Source of the DNA: an uncultured archaeon
Lineage (GTDB): Archaea > Nanobdellota > Nanobdellia > Woesearchaeales > CAIVOO01
Direction: 5' to 3'
DNA length: 64,000 nt
NCBI GenBank assembly: GCA_903904885.1
Contig: CAIVED010000012.1
Coordinates: 34,130 to 98,129 of the forward strand
Made by a program: the position numbers and the translations under genes. This document shows positions 47,218 through 56,454 of this stretch, in pieces (within the stretch, counting starts at the first letter, position 1; each line of letters begins with the position of its first letter). A model generated the notes under the pieces. That model did no database searches. It was given only the letters and a program-made list of their open reading frames with translations, and was not told the origin of the DNA.

Positions 47218-47649
47218 TTATAATTTTAATAAAACCTTGCATTCTTTCCTCATGAATTTTTTATGCAACTTTAATTTTGGAGTTCCGTGCTTTAGAACAT
47301 CCTGGCAGTGAATCAAAATCCTCTGGGTGTAAACCTTATTCCTATCATCCATGCTTGCCCCATAAACAATTCCCTCGAGTTTTGCCCAGACAGAAGCAGA
47401 TGCGCACATCGGGCAGGGCTCATAGGTTGAATACAGCCAGCAGCCTTTCAGGTAAAATGACTTCATTTTTTTGCATGCTTTCTCTATGACATTTATCTCT
47501 GCATGCCTGAATGGCTGCTGTTCTTTCCAGGTGGTTGTTGTTGCCTCAGCAATAACAGAATCTCCTTTAACAATAATGCAGGCAACTGCTCTTTCCTTTC
47601 TAGCTAAAGCAATTGCTCGCTCCATAATCTCTTTGTTTGGATGCTTCAT
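47218..47649 (-). CDS. CMP/dCMP-type zinc deaminase (cytidine/nucleotide deaminase fold)
   Basis: HAEINVIEKA ... YSTYEPCPMCASA (H-A-E / PCxxC zinc ligands). Start moved to the internal Met. The longer ORF would overlap the tRNA. Confidence 0.7.
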   Translation of the reverse strand: MKHPNKEIMERAIALARKERAVACIIVKGDSVIAEATTTTWKEQQPFRHAEINVIEKACKKMKSFYLKGCWLYSTYEPCPMCASASVWAKLEGIVYGASMDDRNKVYTQRILIHCQDVLKHGTPKLKLHKKFMRKECKVLLKL

Positions 47650-47657
47650 AATCAAAA

Positions 47658-47757
47658 CGCCGTGGCCCGGATTTGAACCGGGGAATCCTTGCGGAAACAA
47701 GCTTACTTTGCATTTCTGGTTCCAGGCTTGCGCAGTACCAGGTTGTGCCACCACGGC
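47658..47757 (-). tRNA. tRNA-Ser (anticodon GGA), type II, with a 16-nt intron at position 37/38
   Basis: Minus-strand GCCGTGG...acceptor CCACGGC + G73. Anticodon stem CAAGC/GCTTG. Loop CTGGAA[CCAGAAATGCAAAGTA]A, where the intron CCAG pairs with loop CTGG. Long variable arm TTTCCGCAAGGATTC. T-arm CCCGG-TTCAAAT-CCGGG. Confidence 0.7.
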
Positions 47758-47805
47758 ATGGGATTAAGAAATATAGTTATTTTATAAAGTTTTAGATATT
47801 AAAAA

Positions 47806-47990
47806 ATCCGTTTGCTGGTTCTTGCATTACGCTTGCTGTTTGTTTGGCTTCTTCTGCTTAAATGCCATGCAAGAATTATATGTTTACTTGCCGAGCGCAG
47901 CCGAGGCAAGTTATGCAATTCCGGCAATCCGGGCAAACAGAGAAAACAATAGACAGAGATAAGAATTGCCCAGAAAAAAAGATTTTGTTA
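47806..47990 (+). repeat. Repeat element copy D (forward)
   Basis: AAAAAATCCGTTTGCTGGTTCTTGCATTA ... GGCTTCTTCTGCTTAAATGCCATGCAAGAA ... hairpin ACTTGCC-GAGCGCAGCCGAG-GCAAGT ... TCCGGCAATCCGGGCAAACAG ... AATTGCCCAGAAAAAAAGATTTTGTTAT. Confidence 0.8.
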
Positions 47991-48007
47991 TAAAGTGTAA
48001 AGAAAAA

Positions 48008-48319
48008 TCAAACTTCAATCATTTCAATCTCAATATTCAATCCCTCAGGGATTGGCACACGCATAACCAGCCGCAAGGCCCTTTCGTCAATTCCCAAATC
48101 AACAAGCCTCTTGTGAATTCGCATCTCATACCTTTCCCAGGTCGCTGTCCCGTTGCCGCAGGGCGTTTTCCTTGTGGTAACCTTCAGCTTCTTGGTTGGC
48201 AGAGGAATCGGCCCCCGCATCTCGACGCCTGTTTTCTCAGCTATGTCTTTGATGTAGTTGCAGACCTCATTCACCCGGTCTATGTTGCTGCTCGCGATTT
48301 TTATTCTTGCTTTTTGCAT
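48008..48319 (-). CDS. rps10: Ribosomal protein S10
   Basis: [11 protein letters not shown]...[22 protein letters not shown]...[12 protein letters not shown]. Confidence 0.9.
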   Translation of the reverse strand: MQKARIKIASSNIDRVNEVCNYIKDIAEKTGVEMRGPIPLPTKKLKVTTRKTPCGNGTATWERYEMRIHKRLVDLGIDERALRLVMRVPIPEGLNIEIEMIEV

Positions 48320-48371
48320 TTGTGTGCCCCATGATGAATTTGATTCATCATGAAAAAAAAATAAAATAATT

Positions 48372-49658
48372 TTACATTTGCTTCTTTGTCAGGTCTATGC
48401 AGATTCCGACTGCAACTGTTGCTCCCGAGTCCCTCACTGCGAATCTTGACATCTGCGGAATCTCGCTCTGCTTCTCTATGCAAAGCGGCTGGTTTGGTAT
48501 AATCTTTACGATTGCCGCATCGCCGTTCTTTACAAAGTCAGGATTCTGCTGCAGTACTTCTCCTGTTGCAGGGTTCAGCTTCTTCTGTATCTCTGCGATC
48601 CTGCATGAAACCTGGGCTGTGTGCAGGTGGAAAACCGGGCTGTAGCCGACGGTTATGACTGTTGGATGGTTCAATACAACCAGCTGTGCAATAAATTCTG
48701 TTGCCACTGTCGGCACATTTGTTGAATGCCCAAGCACGTCTCCCCTTGCGATTGCTTTCTTGTCAATTCCCCTGACAACAAATCCTATGTTGTCGCCCGG
48801 CGTAGCTTCCGGCAGTGATTCATGATGCATTTCAATTGATTTGACATCGCCTGAAACTCCCTTGCCGTCCCTTCCGGGAACAACTGTTACCTTATCGTTG
48901 ACTTTCATAACTCCAGTAAGGACCTTTCCGACAGGAACAGTTCCGATTCCTGCAATCTGGTAAACGTCCTGTATAGGAAGCCTCAATGGAAGCTTTGTCG
49001 GCTTTTCAGGAGGATTCAGCTGGTCAAGCGCCTCAAGCAGTGTTGGCCCTGTGTACCAAGCCATGTTTGCTGATTTCTTGACAACATTGTCTCCGGGATA
49101 TGATGCCATCGGGATAAACTTGATTCCCTCCAGCTTGTAGCCGACGGATTTCAAAAGGTTTGAAACTTCTGTCTTGACCTCTTCAAATCTCTTCTGGTCA
49201 AACTTGACCATGTCCATCTTGTTGACCCCTATGATTATCTGGCCAACACCCATGGTCTTTGAAAGGAAAATGTGCTCCTTTGTCTGGGCCATGACACCGT
49301 CGTTTGCTGCTACAACAACAACAGCTGCGTCTGCCTGGGAAGCCCCGGTAATCATGTTCTTGATAAAGTCCCTGTGGCCGGGCGCATCGATTATTGTAAA
49401 GTAATACTTTGAAGTGTCAAATCTCTTGTGGGAAAGATCGATTGTGACTCCTCTCTCCTGCTCTTCTTTCAGGTTGTCCATAACGAAAGCGAACTCGAAT
49501 CCTGCTTTTCCAAGCTCATGAGCCCTTTCTTTCAGCTTTCTCATGGTCTGCTCATCAACAGCACCGGCATCAAACAGCAATCTGCCTACAGTTGTTGATT
49601 TGCCATGATCTACGTGTCCGATAAACACGAGGTTGATGTGTTCTTTTCCTTTTGCCAT
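48372..49658 (-). CDS. tuf: Translation elongation factor 1-alpha (aEF-1alpha/EF-Tu)
   Basis: [28 protein letters not shown]. 428 aa. Confidence 0.95.
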   Translation of the reverse strand: MAKGKEHINLVFIGHVDHGKSTTVGRLLFDAGAVDEQTMRKLKERAHELGKAGFEFAFVMDNLKEEQERGVTIDLSHKRFDTSKYYFTIIDAPGHRDFIKNMITGASQADAAVVVVAANDGVMAQTKEHIFLSKTMGVGQIIIGVNKMDMVKFDQKRFEEVKTEVSNLLKSVGYKLEGIKFIPMASYPGDNVVKKSANMAWYTGPTLLEALDQLNPPEKPTKLPLRLPIQDVYQIAGIGTVPVGKVLTGVMKVNDKVTVVPGRDGKGVSGDVKSIEMHHESLPEATPGDNIGFVVRGIDKKAIARGDVLGHSTNVPTVATEFIAQLVVLNHPTVITVGYSPVFHLHTAQVSCRIAEIQKKLNPATGEVLQQNPDFVKNGDAAIVKIIPNQPLCIEKQSEIPQMSRFAVRDSGATVAVGICIDLTKKQM

Positions 49659-49854
49659 AATCTTTCCTCCTTAAACTTCGTTTTGAATTTTAAGCGATTT
49701 TTAGTCTTTTAAACTAAAAACGACCCATTTTAAACCCTTTTTCTGCTTTAAACTCGTATTTTGCTGATTTAAGCAGATTATGGGGTATTTTCCTAGGGTT
49801 TAAAAATCTTTGCCCTGAAATTGCATATTAAACTATATACTCCTAAATATATAA

Positions 49855-49927
49855 TGGACCGGCCGGGATTTGAACCCGGGCCCCACCCATGCCATGGGCG
49901 AATTCTGCCAGGCTATACTACCGGCCC
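49855..49927 (-). tRNA. tRNA-Ala (anticodon GGC) with G3:U70. D-stem unusually weak.
   Basis: Minus strand GGGCCGG...CCGGTCC+A. Anticodon stem CGCCC/GGGTG, loop ATGGCAT. T-arm CCGGG-TTCAAAT-CCCGG. The D-stem GTAT/GAAT has a mismatch plus wobbles. Confidence 0.6.
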
Positions 49928-49973
49928 ATAACCTTTAGGTTTAGTGAGTTATTTATAAAAATTTGGAAATAGT

Positions 49974-50537
49974 TCATAATTCAGAAATTGACTCGTTAAC
50001 CAGATTAGCTATCTCTTTATCACCGAACTTTAGTTGTTTAACCAAATGCTCTGCTTTTTTTGACATTCTTTTGTACATAAATTTTATTTTATTCTTTGTC
50101 TTTTCTCTTCCATAGCGTTCCAGATATGTGGGAATATTGTACTCAAAATATGCTATGCTGTCTGCATCTTTCAATGCATCGGAATCTGGATCTCCTCCAA
50201 ACTCATGCTTTTCAACAATAACATAAACCCTGTCAATCGTCCTTTCATCATAGCCTTCCTGTTTCATTAAATCAGAGAGAATTTTAGCTGATCTTATTGA
50301 GTGCTCCCTCCTAAAATCCTCATATTTTGAAGGGTCTTTCAAATCTTTGTCAGTAATTCCAGTTACTGCGCGGTCTATATCATGGCCAAGTGCAGCGATT
50401 TGTAATGCTTCATCTGCGTCTGGCCTTAGAACGAGTGTCCATTTCAGAACTAATTGAGCATGTATTAGGTCTGAACTAACTGGAGATCTTGGGATTATGC
50501 TCAGAATTTTATTTTTAAGAGACTCAAATTTATTCAT
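49974..50537 (-). CDS. HD-domain phosphohydrolase
   Basis: LQIAALGHDIDRAV (HD motif), 187 aa. Confidence 0.6.
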   Translation of the reverse strand: MNKFESLKNKILSIIPRSPVSSDLIHAQLVLKWTLVLRPDADEALQIAALGHDIDRAVTGITDKDLKDPSKYEDFRREHSIRSAKILSDLMKQEGYDERTIDRVYVIVEKHEFGGDPDSDALKDADSIAYFEYNIPTYLERYGREKTKNKIKFMYKRMSKKAEHLVKQLKFGDKEIANLVNESISEL

Positions 50538-50624
50538 GATTCTGTATTTTTCAAGTAGAATATAAAGATTTCTAATAGCAATTAAACGAAATTCTTATAA
50601 ACTACATTTCCAATATGTAATGAC

Positions 50625-52316
50625 ATGTCCGATGAAAAAGCATTAATCCGCAAATTCGTCCTCCAAAACTCAGTCAAGTACGATGGCAAGCCGAACATTG
50701 GGGCAGTCATCGGCAAGATTATTTCTGAAAAGCCCGAGTTGAAAAAAGACATAAAGAAACTTCAGGAGGAGATTCAGAAAATTATCAAGGAAATTTCTAA
50801 GATAAAGGTTGCAGACCAGCTGAAGGAACTGCAGAAGATTGCGCCTGAACTGCTGGAGAAAAAAGAAGTGGAGAAAAAAACACTGCCTGAATTCAAGGGC
50901 GCAGCTAACGGAAAATTTGTCACAAGATTTGAGCCGTCTCCATCAGGGCCTTTGCACATCGGCCATGCGTTTGTTTTGGGTTTGATTCATGCATACAACA
51001 GGGTTTACAGCGGAAAATTAATTTTGAGAATTGCAGACACAAATGCAGAGAACATTGACCCGAATGCCTACAAAATGATTCCCGAGGATGCAAACTGGCT
51101 TACAAACAACGGAATATCAGAGGTTGTGATTCAGTCAGACAGGATGGATGTTTACTACTCCTATGCGGAAAAATTATTGCGGACAGGAAAGGCCTATGTC
51201 TGCACCTGCTCCTCAGAGAATTTCAAATCTTTAAGCGACCAAAAACAGCCATGCCCATGCAGGGACCTTCCGATGGAAGTCCATCTGGAAAGATGGAAGA
51301 AAATGTTTGATGAATATGAAGAAGGCACCGCAGTTGTAAGAATAAAAACAGACATTGGGCACAAGAATCCTGCGATGAGGGACTGGCCTGCAGTGAGAAT
51401 CAAGGACACGAAGCATCCGAGAACAGGCACAAAATACAGGGTCTGGCCTCTTATGAATTTCTCTGTAGTTGTTGACGACATTGAAAGCGGCATGACCCAC
51501 ATCATAAGGGGAAAGGACCACTATGACAACGCAAAAAAGCAGGAATATGTTTACAATTATCTCAATAAAAAAATTCCGGAGACCATATTTGTCGGCAGGA
51601 TTAACTTTGAGGGCGTGGAAGTCTCCTGCTCAAAAACAAGAATCAGGATTGAAGCCGGCGAATTCTCCGGCTGGGATGACATCAGGGTTCCGTTTTTGAG
51701 GGCATTAAAGAAACGGGGCTACATGCCTGAGGCATTCGTGAATTTCTCGATTGAAGTGGGGCCTTCACAGAATGACAAGACAGTTTCTGCTGATGAGTTT
51801 TTCAAGAACATAAACGCATTGAACAAGGATGTTATTGATTCCAAATCAAACAGGTATTTTTTTGTTTCAAATCCAGTCAAAATTGATGTCAAGAATGCTC
51901 CTGAAAGGCCATGCGAGCTGGACAAGCATCCAACATATCCTGAAAGGGGAAAGAGAGTTTTCAAAACAAAGGAAAAGTTCCTTATAACAAAAGATGATTT
52001 TGATTCGCTGAAAGACAAAAAACTTTATCGCCTGATGGACTGCCTGAATTTCACAAAAAAGGGCAAGGATTTTGTTTTTGATTCTGCTGAATATGAGAAA
52101 TACAAGGACAAGGGTGAGAAAATAATGCACTGGCTTCCCGATGATGGGAAGAATATTGAAGTTTCAGTTCTCATGCCGGACAACAAGAAAATAAAAGGCT
52201 TTGCAGAGGAATCAATCAAGGAAATGGGAGAAGGCGACATCTGCCAGTTTGAGAGATTCGGATTTGTGCGCTTGGACAGCAAAAAGAATATGGAATTCTG
52301 GTTCGGGCATAAGTAA
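50625..52316 (+). CDS. gltX: Glutamyl-tRNA synthetase (archaeal type)
   Basis: FEPSPSGPLHIGHAF (HIGH), archaeal N-terminal extension, 563 aa. Confidence 0.9.
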   Translation: MSDEKALIRKFVLQNSVKYDGKPNIGAVIGKIISEKPELKKDIKKLQEEIQKIIKEISKIKVADQLKELQKIAPELLEKKEVEKKTLPEFKGAANGKFVTRFEPSPSGPLHIGHAFVLGLIHAYNRVYSGKLILRIADTNAENIDPNAYKMIPEDANWLTNNGISEVVIQSDRMDVYYSYAEKLLRTGKAYVCTCSSENFKSLSDQKQPCPCRDLPMEVHLERWKKMFDEYEEGTAVVRIKTDIGHKNPAMRDWPAVRIKDTKHPRTGTKYRVWPLMNFSVVVDDIESGMTHIIRGKDHYDNAKKQEYVYNYLNKKIPETIFVGRINFEGVEVSCSKTRIRIEAGEFSGWDDIRVPFLRALKKRGYMPEAFVNFSIEVGPSQNDKTVSADEFFKNINALNKDVIDSKSNRYFFVSNPVKIDVKNAPERPCELDKHPTYPERGKRVFKTKEKFLITKDDFDSLKDKKLYRLMDCLNFTKKGKDFVFDSAEYEKYKDKGEKIMHWLPDDGKNIEVSVLMPDNKKIKGFAEESIKEMGEGDICQFERFGFVRLDSKKNMEFWFGHK

Positions 52317-53015
52317 GTTTAAATATCTCCAGCTCAAACATTTCTCTGAGGTGATTTTATGAACAAGCAGGAAGCATATGGAATTGTTAAGACTCGCAGT
52401 CAAGAGTTAAATGATATCGTAAAAGCTTTTAAAGCCCTGGATGAGATGCTGATTAAAGAAAGACTGAGGGATATTACAGAGTCGCTCAAAAAAGTGGCTA
52501 ACGAGTTGTTTTGAATTGGCTTCAAAAGCCAGCGAATTGATGAATAAAGAAGATAGAGTTTTGGTTCGGGCACAAGTAAACTATGGTTGTTCATACAACG
52601 GGTTGTATCCCCACCCACTGCAATTCCCTGAATGTCTTACATATCCTTCGTAAGCCAATATGTCAAGAATTCTGTGATTAACCACAAGTGCTCTTATAGT
52701 GCTCCGTTCGGCATCTGATTTATCAGGGAATGCTGTAAAAATTATGCCGCTAATTGACGCATTCAAAAAAGGAGAATGGACAGCATCTTCAGGCACAGCA
52801 TCAACTAATTTTGTTGCCAAATCCAATTCTTCAGGGTCTGGAAAAAGTTCGTTTAGCGGCCTTAGTTGATTCCTGGCCGGTTCGTTAGCTGGTTCCATGG
52901 GAATATTAAATGGGTTAAAAATATAAAACTTCCTTAAACTGGCTGACCGCAACCTTTAAATACCAAAACGGCATTTTCAGGGGTTACAGGGAGTAAAACC
53001 CCAAGAGGTGTTAAA

Positions 53016-53186
53016 ATGGCAGAGAATCTTATTGTCAAGGCAAAGCTGAAGGACGTGTGCAAGGGCTACAACGTTGCCGGCGATTTGGCTGATGCTCTCA
53101 ATGAAAAGGTTGAGACATTGCTCAAGGACGCAATGAAAAGGGCAGACGCAAACGGCCGAAAGACGGTTATGGCTAAGGACGTTTAA
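53016..53186 (+). CDS. Short histone-fold protein (56 aa; archaeal-histone-like but lacking helix alpha3)
   Basis: Manual translation MAENLIVKAKLKDVCKGYNVAGDLADALNEKVETLLKDAMKRADANGRKTVMAKDV. It aligns with HMfB ...IKLARHAGRKTIKAEDI. A GAGGTG SD-like motif lies upstream. Confidence 0.5.
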   Translation: MAENLIVKAKLKDVCKGYNVAGDLADALNEKVETLLKDAMKRADANGRKTVMAKDV

Positions 53187-53212
53187 GTTTCTTTTTAATT
53201 TTCTTATTATCC

Positions 53213-53447
53213 TAAAAAACCCGCTTTCTGGGCAAGCCTTAACTACGCTTCCTGCTTTTTATTGTTGCCCTGATTGCCAGGCCTGCTATAACTTGCATTC
53301 GGCAAGTAATACGCAAGAAAACCCCTTGGGTTTTCTGCGCGCAGAAAAGCTTTGCTTTTCTTGCGTTTTTTTCTTGCATGGCACTAAAGCAGAAGAAGCA
53401 AAACAAACGTAAAGACTAATGCAAGAACCAGAAAACTGGATTTTATT
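53213..53447 (-). repeat. Repeat element copy E (reverse orientation, with an internal ~60-nt insertion)
   Basis: Reverse complement reads AAAATCCAGTTTTCTGGTTCTTGCATTAG...GCTTCTTCTGCTTTAGTGCCATGCAAGAAAAA[insertion]TTACTTGCC-GAA-TGCAAGT...GCCTGGCAATCAGGGCAAC...GGCTTGCCCAGAAAGCGGGTTTTTT. Confidence 0.8.
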
Positions 53448-53471
53448 TTAGAGTTTACATAATAACGAAGA

Positions 53472-54032
53472 TTATTGTTTAATTTCAGCCAATATTTTCT
53501 TATTAGAATCTATCATCGACCTTAGCCTTGCCAAATCCTCTTTCTTTGTTCCTTTTTTGGATTTTAAATTGTTGAATTTCTGCTCCAGAAGTTTCAGCTT
53601 CTGCTCAATCGCCAGAATTTCTGACCTTTCCCCGGCAACTTCCTTCTCAAGCCTTTCCTCTGTCTCGCCAATCTTCCCGAGTTTCATCACATTCTCAGAC
53701 AATCTTGAGGAAATCCTCTCAAAGTCCGCAAAGGGCTTTGCGCTGACAGCTGGGTTTATTGCTTGGATTTTTTCCTGCAGCTTTTTCATGGTCTCTGAAT
53801 TTACGACCTGGGCCTCGACCATTTCCCCAACTTTTTTCTCAAGATTTTCCAGCTCTTCCATAACTGCGGATTTCTGCCTTGCACCGGCAGACAAATCTTT
53901 TATTCTCTGAATCTGGTCCGAAATCTGGGACTTTGCCCTCTGCTTTTGAGCAATTCTTTTTTGGGTGACAGCGAGAGTGGTAAGAAAATGCTTCAGGCTT
54001 TGTGCGCTTAGTTTTGTTTCAGAATCCATCAT
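53472..54032 (-). CDS. Coiled-coil protein (187 aa), ATGA-coupled to the upstream coiled-coil gene
   Basis: MMDSETKL... with heptad-like charged repeats. The longer ORF to 54248 is a low-complexity artefact that overlaps the upstream gene. Confidence 0.45.
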   Translation of the reverse strand: MMDSETKLSAQSLKHFLTTLAVTQKRIAQKQRAKSQISDQIQRIKDLSAGARQKSAVMEELENLEKKVGEMVEAQVVNSETMKKLQEKIQAINPAVSAKPFADFERISSRLSENVMKLGKIGETEERLEKEVAGERSEILAIEQKLKLLEQKFNNLKSKKGTKKEDLARLRSMIDSNKKILAEIKQ

Positions 54033-54574
54033 CCAAAAAGTCCTTTTTTCTTCACAGGCATGGGCGGCATTGGCATTCCAGGTGACGGAGGCGCCGGCAC
54101 TGAAGGCGGTCCCATCTGAGGCCTCTGCCCCATTTGAGGCGCCATGCTTGGCATCCTTTGCGGTGCCATTGGTCCCGAAGGCCCCTGCATCATCATCGGC
54201 CTTGGCTGCATCTGCTGCTGCACAGGAGCAGGCTGCTCCTCCCTCCATGCGGGCTTTCCTGTTGAAAGCATGTCCGCAACAGCAACAATGCCTCTGGCAA
54301 TCTTTTGATTCTGGTCAACAAGCATGTCAATCTTCGCGAACAGCGGGTCCATCTTTCTCCCGATTGTTTCTGTTTCCCGCTCTTCCAGCTTCATCTCCTC
54401 GGCAGCTGCGCTGAACAGATTGATAAGAGAATTTATCGCCTTTGACAGATTGTTAACAGATTCTATGAAATCGTCAGTCGCATAGGCCTGGAAGGGATTT
54501 TTCTTTATCTGCTCAACATCCCTCTTCAGCTTAAGAACCTCTTCTTCAGGAACAATAGCATAATCCTTCGCCAT
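54029..54574 (-). CDS. Coiled-coil protein with a Pro/Gln/Met-rich C-terminal tail (181 aa)
   Basis: MAKDYAIVPEEEVLKLKRDVEQIKKNPF... and C-terminal QPAPVQQQMQPRPMMMQGPSGPMAPQRMPSMAPQMGQRPQMGPPSVPAPPSPGMPMPPMP. Confidence 0.45.
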   Translation of the reverse strand: MAKDYAIVPEEEVLKLKRDVEQIKKNPFQAYATDDFIESVNNLSKAINSLINLFSAAAEEMKLEERETETIGRKMDPLFAKIDMLVDQNQKIARGIVAVADMLSTGKPAWREEQPAPVQQQMQPRPMMMQGPSGPMAPQRMPSMAPQMGQRPQMGPPSVPAPPSPGMPMPPMPVKKKGLFG

Positions 54575-54712
54575 GATAGTCGCCTCTTTGAGTTTTTATT
54601 ATTTTTTACGAAAAGAGACCAGCAAACCACAGTTTGCGCTGCCTCTTTGCCGTTTTTATATGATTTATATAGGGATATACTTGTTTATTTTTAAATATTG
54701 TGGTGAATTTGT

Positions 54713-55597
54713 TCAGTCCCTTGCCACCTTAGAATATCCCTGCACCAGAGGGTCTTTTGCCCGCATGTCCCAGTCCTCAAGAAAATGATTGCCGTCCCCG
54801 TCTTTTCCAAACACAGCTTCTGCATAGGGCTTGACAAGCCAGCCGAATTGTTCCTGTGTAATTTGCAAGCCATGCATTCGGATAAACTGGGGGATTTCAG
54901 GCCCCATAAAATCACTGTTAATGCTATGAATAAATCTGGCATATTGTCTTATTGCGCGCTCAGACAGGCCCACCTTAACTCCCTGGATCGTAGAGCAAAG
55001 ATGAAAATCCGGCACAAATTTCTCGCGGTTTCTTTGCAGAATTTTTAGGCCCGCAGGGACAAACGTTACATCAAGGTCATTAAAATACTGCACAAGAACA
55101 TCCTCAACTTCAGGATAGGCAGAGCCGCTATTGCCCAGATCAGGAAGCTGTTCCCAAAACCTGCCGTTATTAAGCCCCCTCTGAAATTCAGGGGGTATTG
55201 TCTCATAAAACCTGGATTTCGGCCTGTGCGCAACTGCCTCAAATAATATGCTGTGCCCCTTCTGAAATCCGGACGCACCGGCTCCAACTGCCCCGAAAAG
55301 GGCTGCATTAACCGCTATTGTGTATGCCTCCTGCAATTCTTCCGGAGAAAGGTATTCCCCTGCCAGCCTTTGATTTTCTTCGCCATCAGGCGAGTGATAG
55401 CCGTCAATCTCCCCAAGAATTCCCCAAGATTTTAATGCTTCAAGATCCAGTGCAAGAACCCCTGCCCATTTTTTATGTTCAGTGTCTCTAATTTTCAATG
55501 CAGCTACCCGCTTTGCCAGCGTCTGGGCTCTTGCTTCCAAGGATGCAATAGAATCCGATGAATGTAAAAGAAGTTCCAATTGAAATCCCCAACTCAT
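54713..55597 (-). CDS. Hypothetical protein (294 aa)
   Basis: Long ORF in a co-directional gene string. No family recognised. Confidence 0.45.
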   Translation of the reverse strand: MSWGFQLELLLHSSDSIASLEARAQTLAKRVAALKIRDTEHKKWAGVLALDLEALKSWGILGEIDGYHSPDGEENQRLAGEYLSPEELQEAYTIAVNAALFGAVGAGASGFQKGHSILFEAVAHRPKSRFYETIPPEFQRGLNNGRFWEQLPDLGNSGSAYPEVEDVLVQYFNDLDVTFVPAGLKILQRNREKFVPDFHLCSTIQGVKVGLSERAIRQYARFIHSINSDFMGPEIPQFIRMHGLQITQEQFGWLVKPYAEAVFGKDGDGNHFLEDWDMRAKDPLVQGYSKVARD

Positions 55598-55668
55598 GGA
55601 ATTGAGAGAATAAAGGTCATATTAAAACCTTTGTTTTTTGACCACTCGCGTATAGCAAATGTTAGACA

Positions 55669-56169
55669 TCAGCGAGTGTGTTTTTTATCGACAAAAGTCA
55701 GCAGGAAATAGGCGAGAGCTCCTGCAGCTGTTGCTTTTCTTGCATTTTCTGACATGGCATAAACTGCATCGTCATAGTTGTCAAAAGCGGTAAGACCATT
55801 CTCCTGTATTGTCATCCCGACAGGAACGCCTGAAACAACATCCTCTCTGGTCCTTGGGCCGAAAATTATCACCTGGCTACCATCGCAATAAACTATGCCC
55901 ACAAGTGATTTTTCGTTCTCCATACCGAAAAATTCTTCCCTTGTTTCCGCAATCCTCATTTCTAGTTTTACCAGCCCCAGCGAGGAGAAAAAACCTCTTT
56001 GCGCAAGTTCCTTTTTTGCCTTCTGCGCAGAATCCTTTTTTTTGTAAGGTGTTATATTGTTGGCGACAATATTCTGGGCAGGGCCACCTGCCTGTTCAGT
56101 ATTCTCGCCGAAAAGAAGCTGTCTTTCTTCGCATCCTGCAACCCAGACATAGCCGCTTATGTGCCTCAT
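55669..56169 (-). CDS. Hypothetical protein (166 aa)
   Basis: ATGA-coupled to the upstream small membrane protein. Confidence 0.4.
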   Translation of the reverse strand: MRHISGYVWVAGCEERQLLFGENTEQAGGPAQNIVANNITPYKKKDSAQKAKKELAQRGFFSSLGLVKLEMRIAETREEFFGMENEKSLVGIVYCDGSQVIIFGPRTREDVVSGVPVGMTIQENGLTAFDNYDDAVYAMSENARKATAAGALAYFLLTFVDKKHTR

Positions 56170-56453
56170 TTTCCTGCACTGGATTTCCTGTAATAAGGAA
56201 AAAAAGATTCCTCTGTGCCGACCCTTTCAAATTCTGTTCCTTTCACAAGGAAATATGCCCGCTTGGCCTGCTGATAAAGCTCATTGGCTCCAAAGGCAAC
56301 ACCAAAGAAAACTCCCGAAGCAGAAAGAAGCGATACCAATCCTACCAAAGTTAATGCGCCCACAGTTTTTTCTATGATGGGCCTTTCCTTTCCGGTTTCA
56401 AGCCCGGGAAAATCTGTGGGGTCCAGGTAGTTGCTGTCAGCTAAAGCTTCCAT
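56166..56453 (-). CDS. Small membrane protein, immediately downstream of the thermosome gene
   Basis: MEALADSNYLD... followed by one hydrophobic helix. Start trimmed so it does not overlap the thermosome. Confidence 0.35.
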   Translation of the reverse strand: MEALADSNYLDPTDFPGLETGKERPIIEKTVGALTLVGLVSLLSASGVFFGVAFGANELYQQAKRAYFLVKGTEFERVGTEESFFPYYRKSSAGK

Positions 56454-56454
56454 T

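Noticed and set aside
47218-47754. Full 178-aa version of the deaminase ORF
   Set aside because: The N-terminal 35 codons would overlap the tRNA-Ser gene (47658..47757) and read QPGTAQAW... without homology. The internal Met (MKHPNKE) gives a normal-length CDA-fold protein.
52358-52513. 51-aa ORF MNKQEAYGIVKTRSQELNDIVKAFKALDEMLIKERLRDITESLKKVANELF after gltX
   Set aside because: It is short, has no recognisable motif and has no clear ribosome-binding context. It remains only a possible micro-protein.
53472-54248. Long form (258 aa) of the coiled-coil ORF starting MEGGAACSCAAADAAKADDD
   Set aside because: The first 72 codons are Ala/Gly/Asp low-complexity and overlap the upstream gene 54029..54574 in another frame. 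Starting at MMDSETK gives a clean ATGA coupling.
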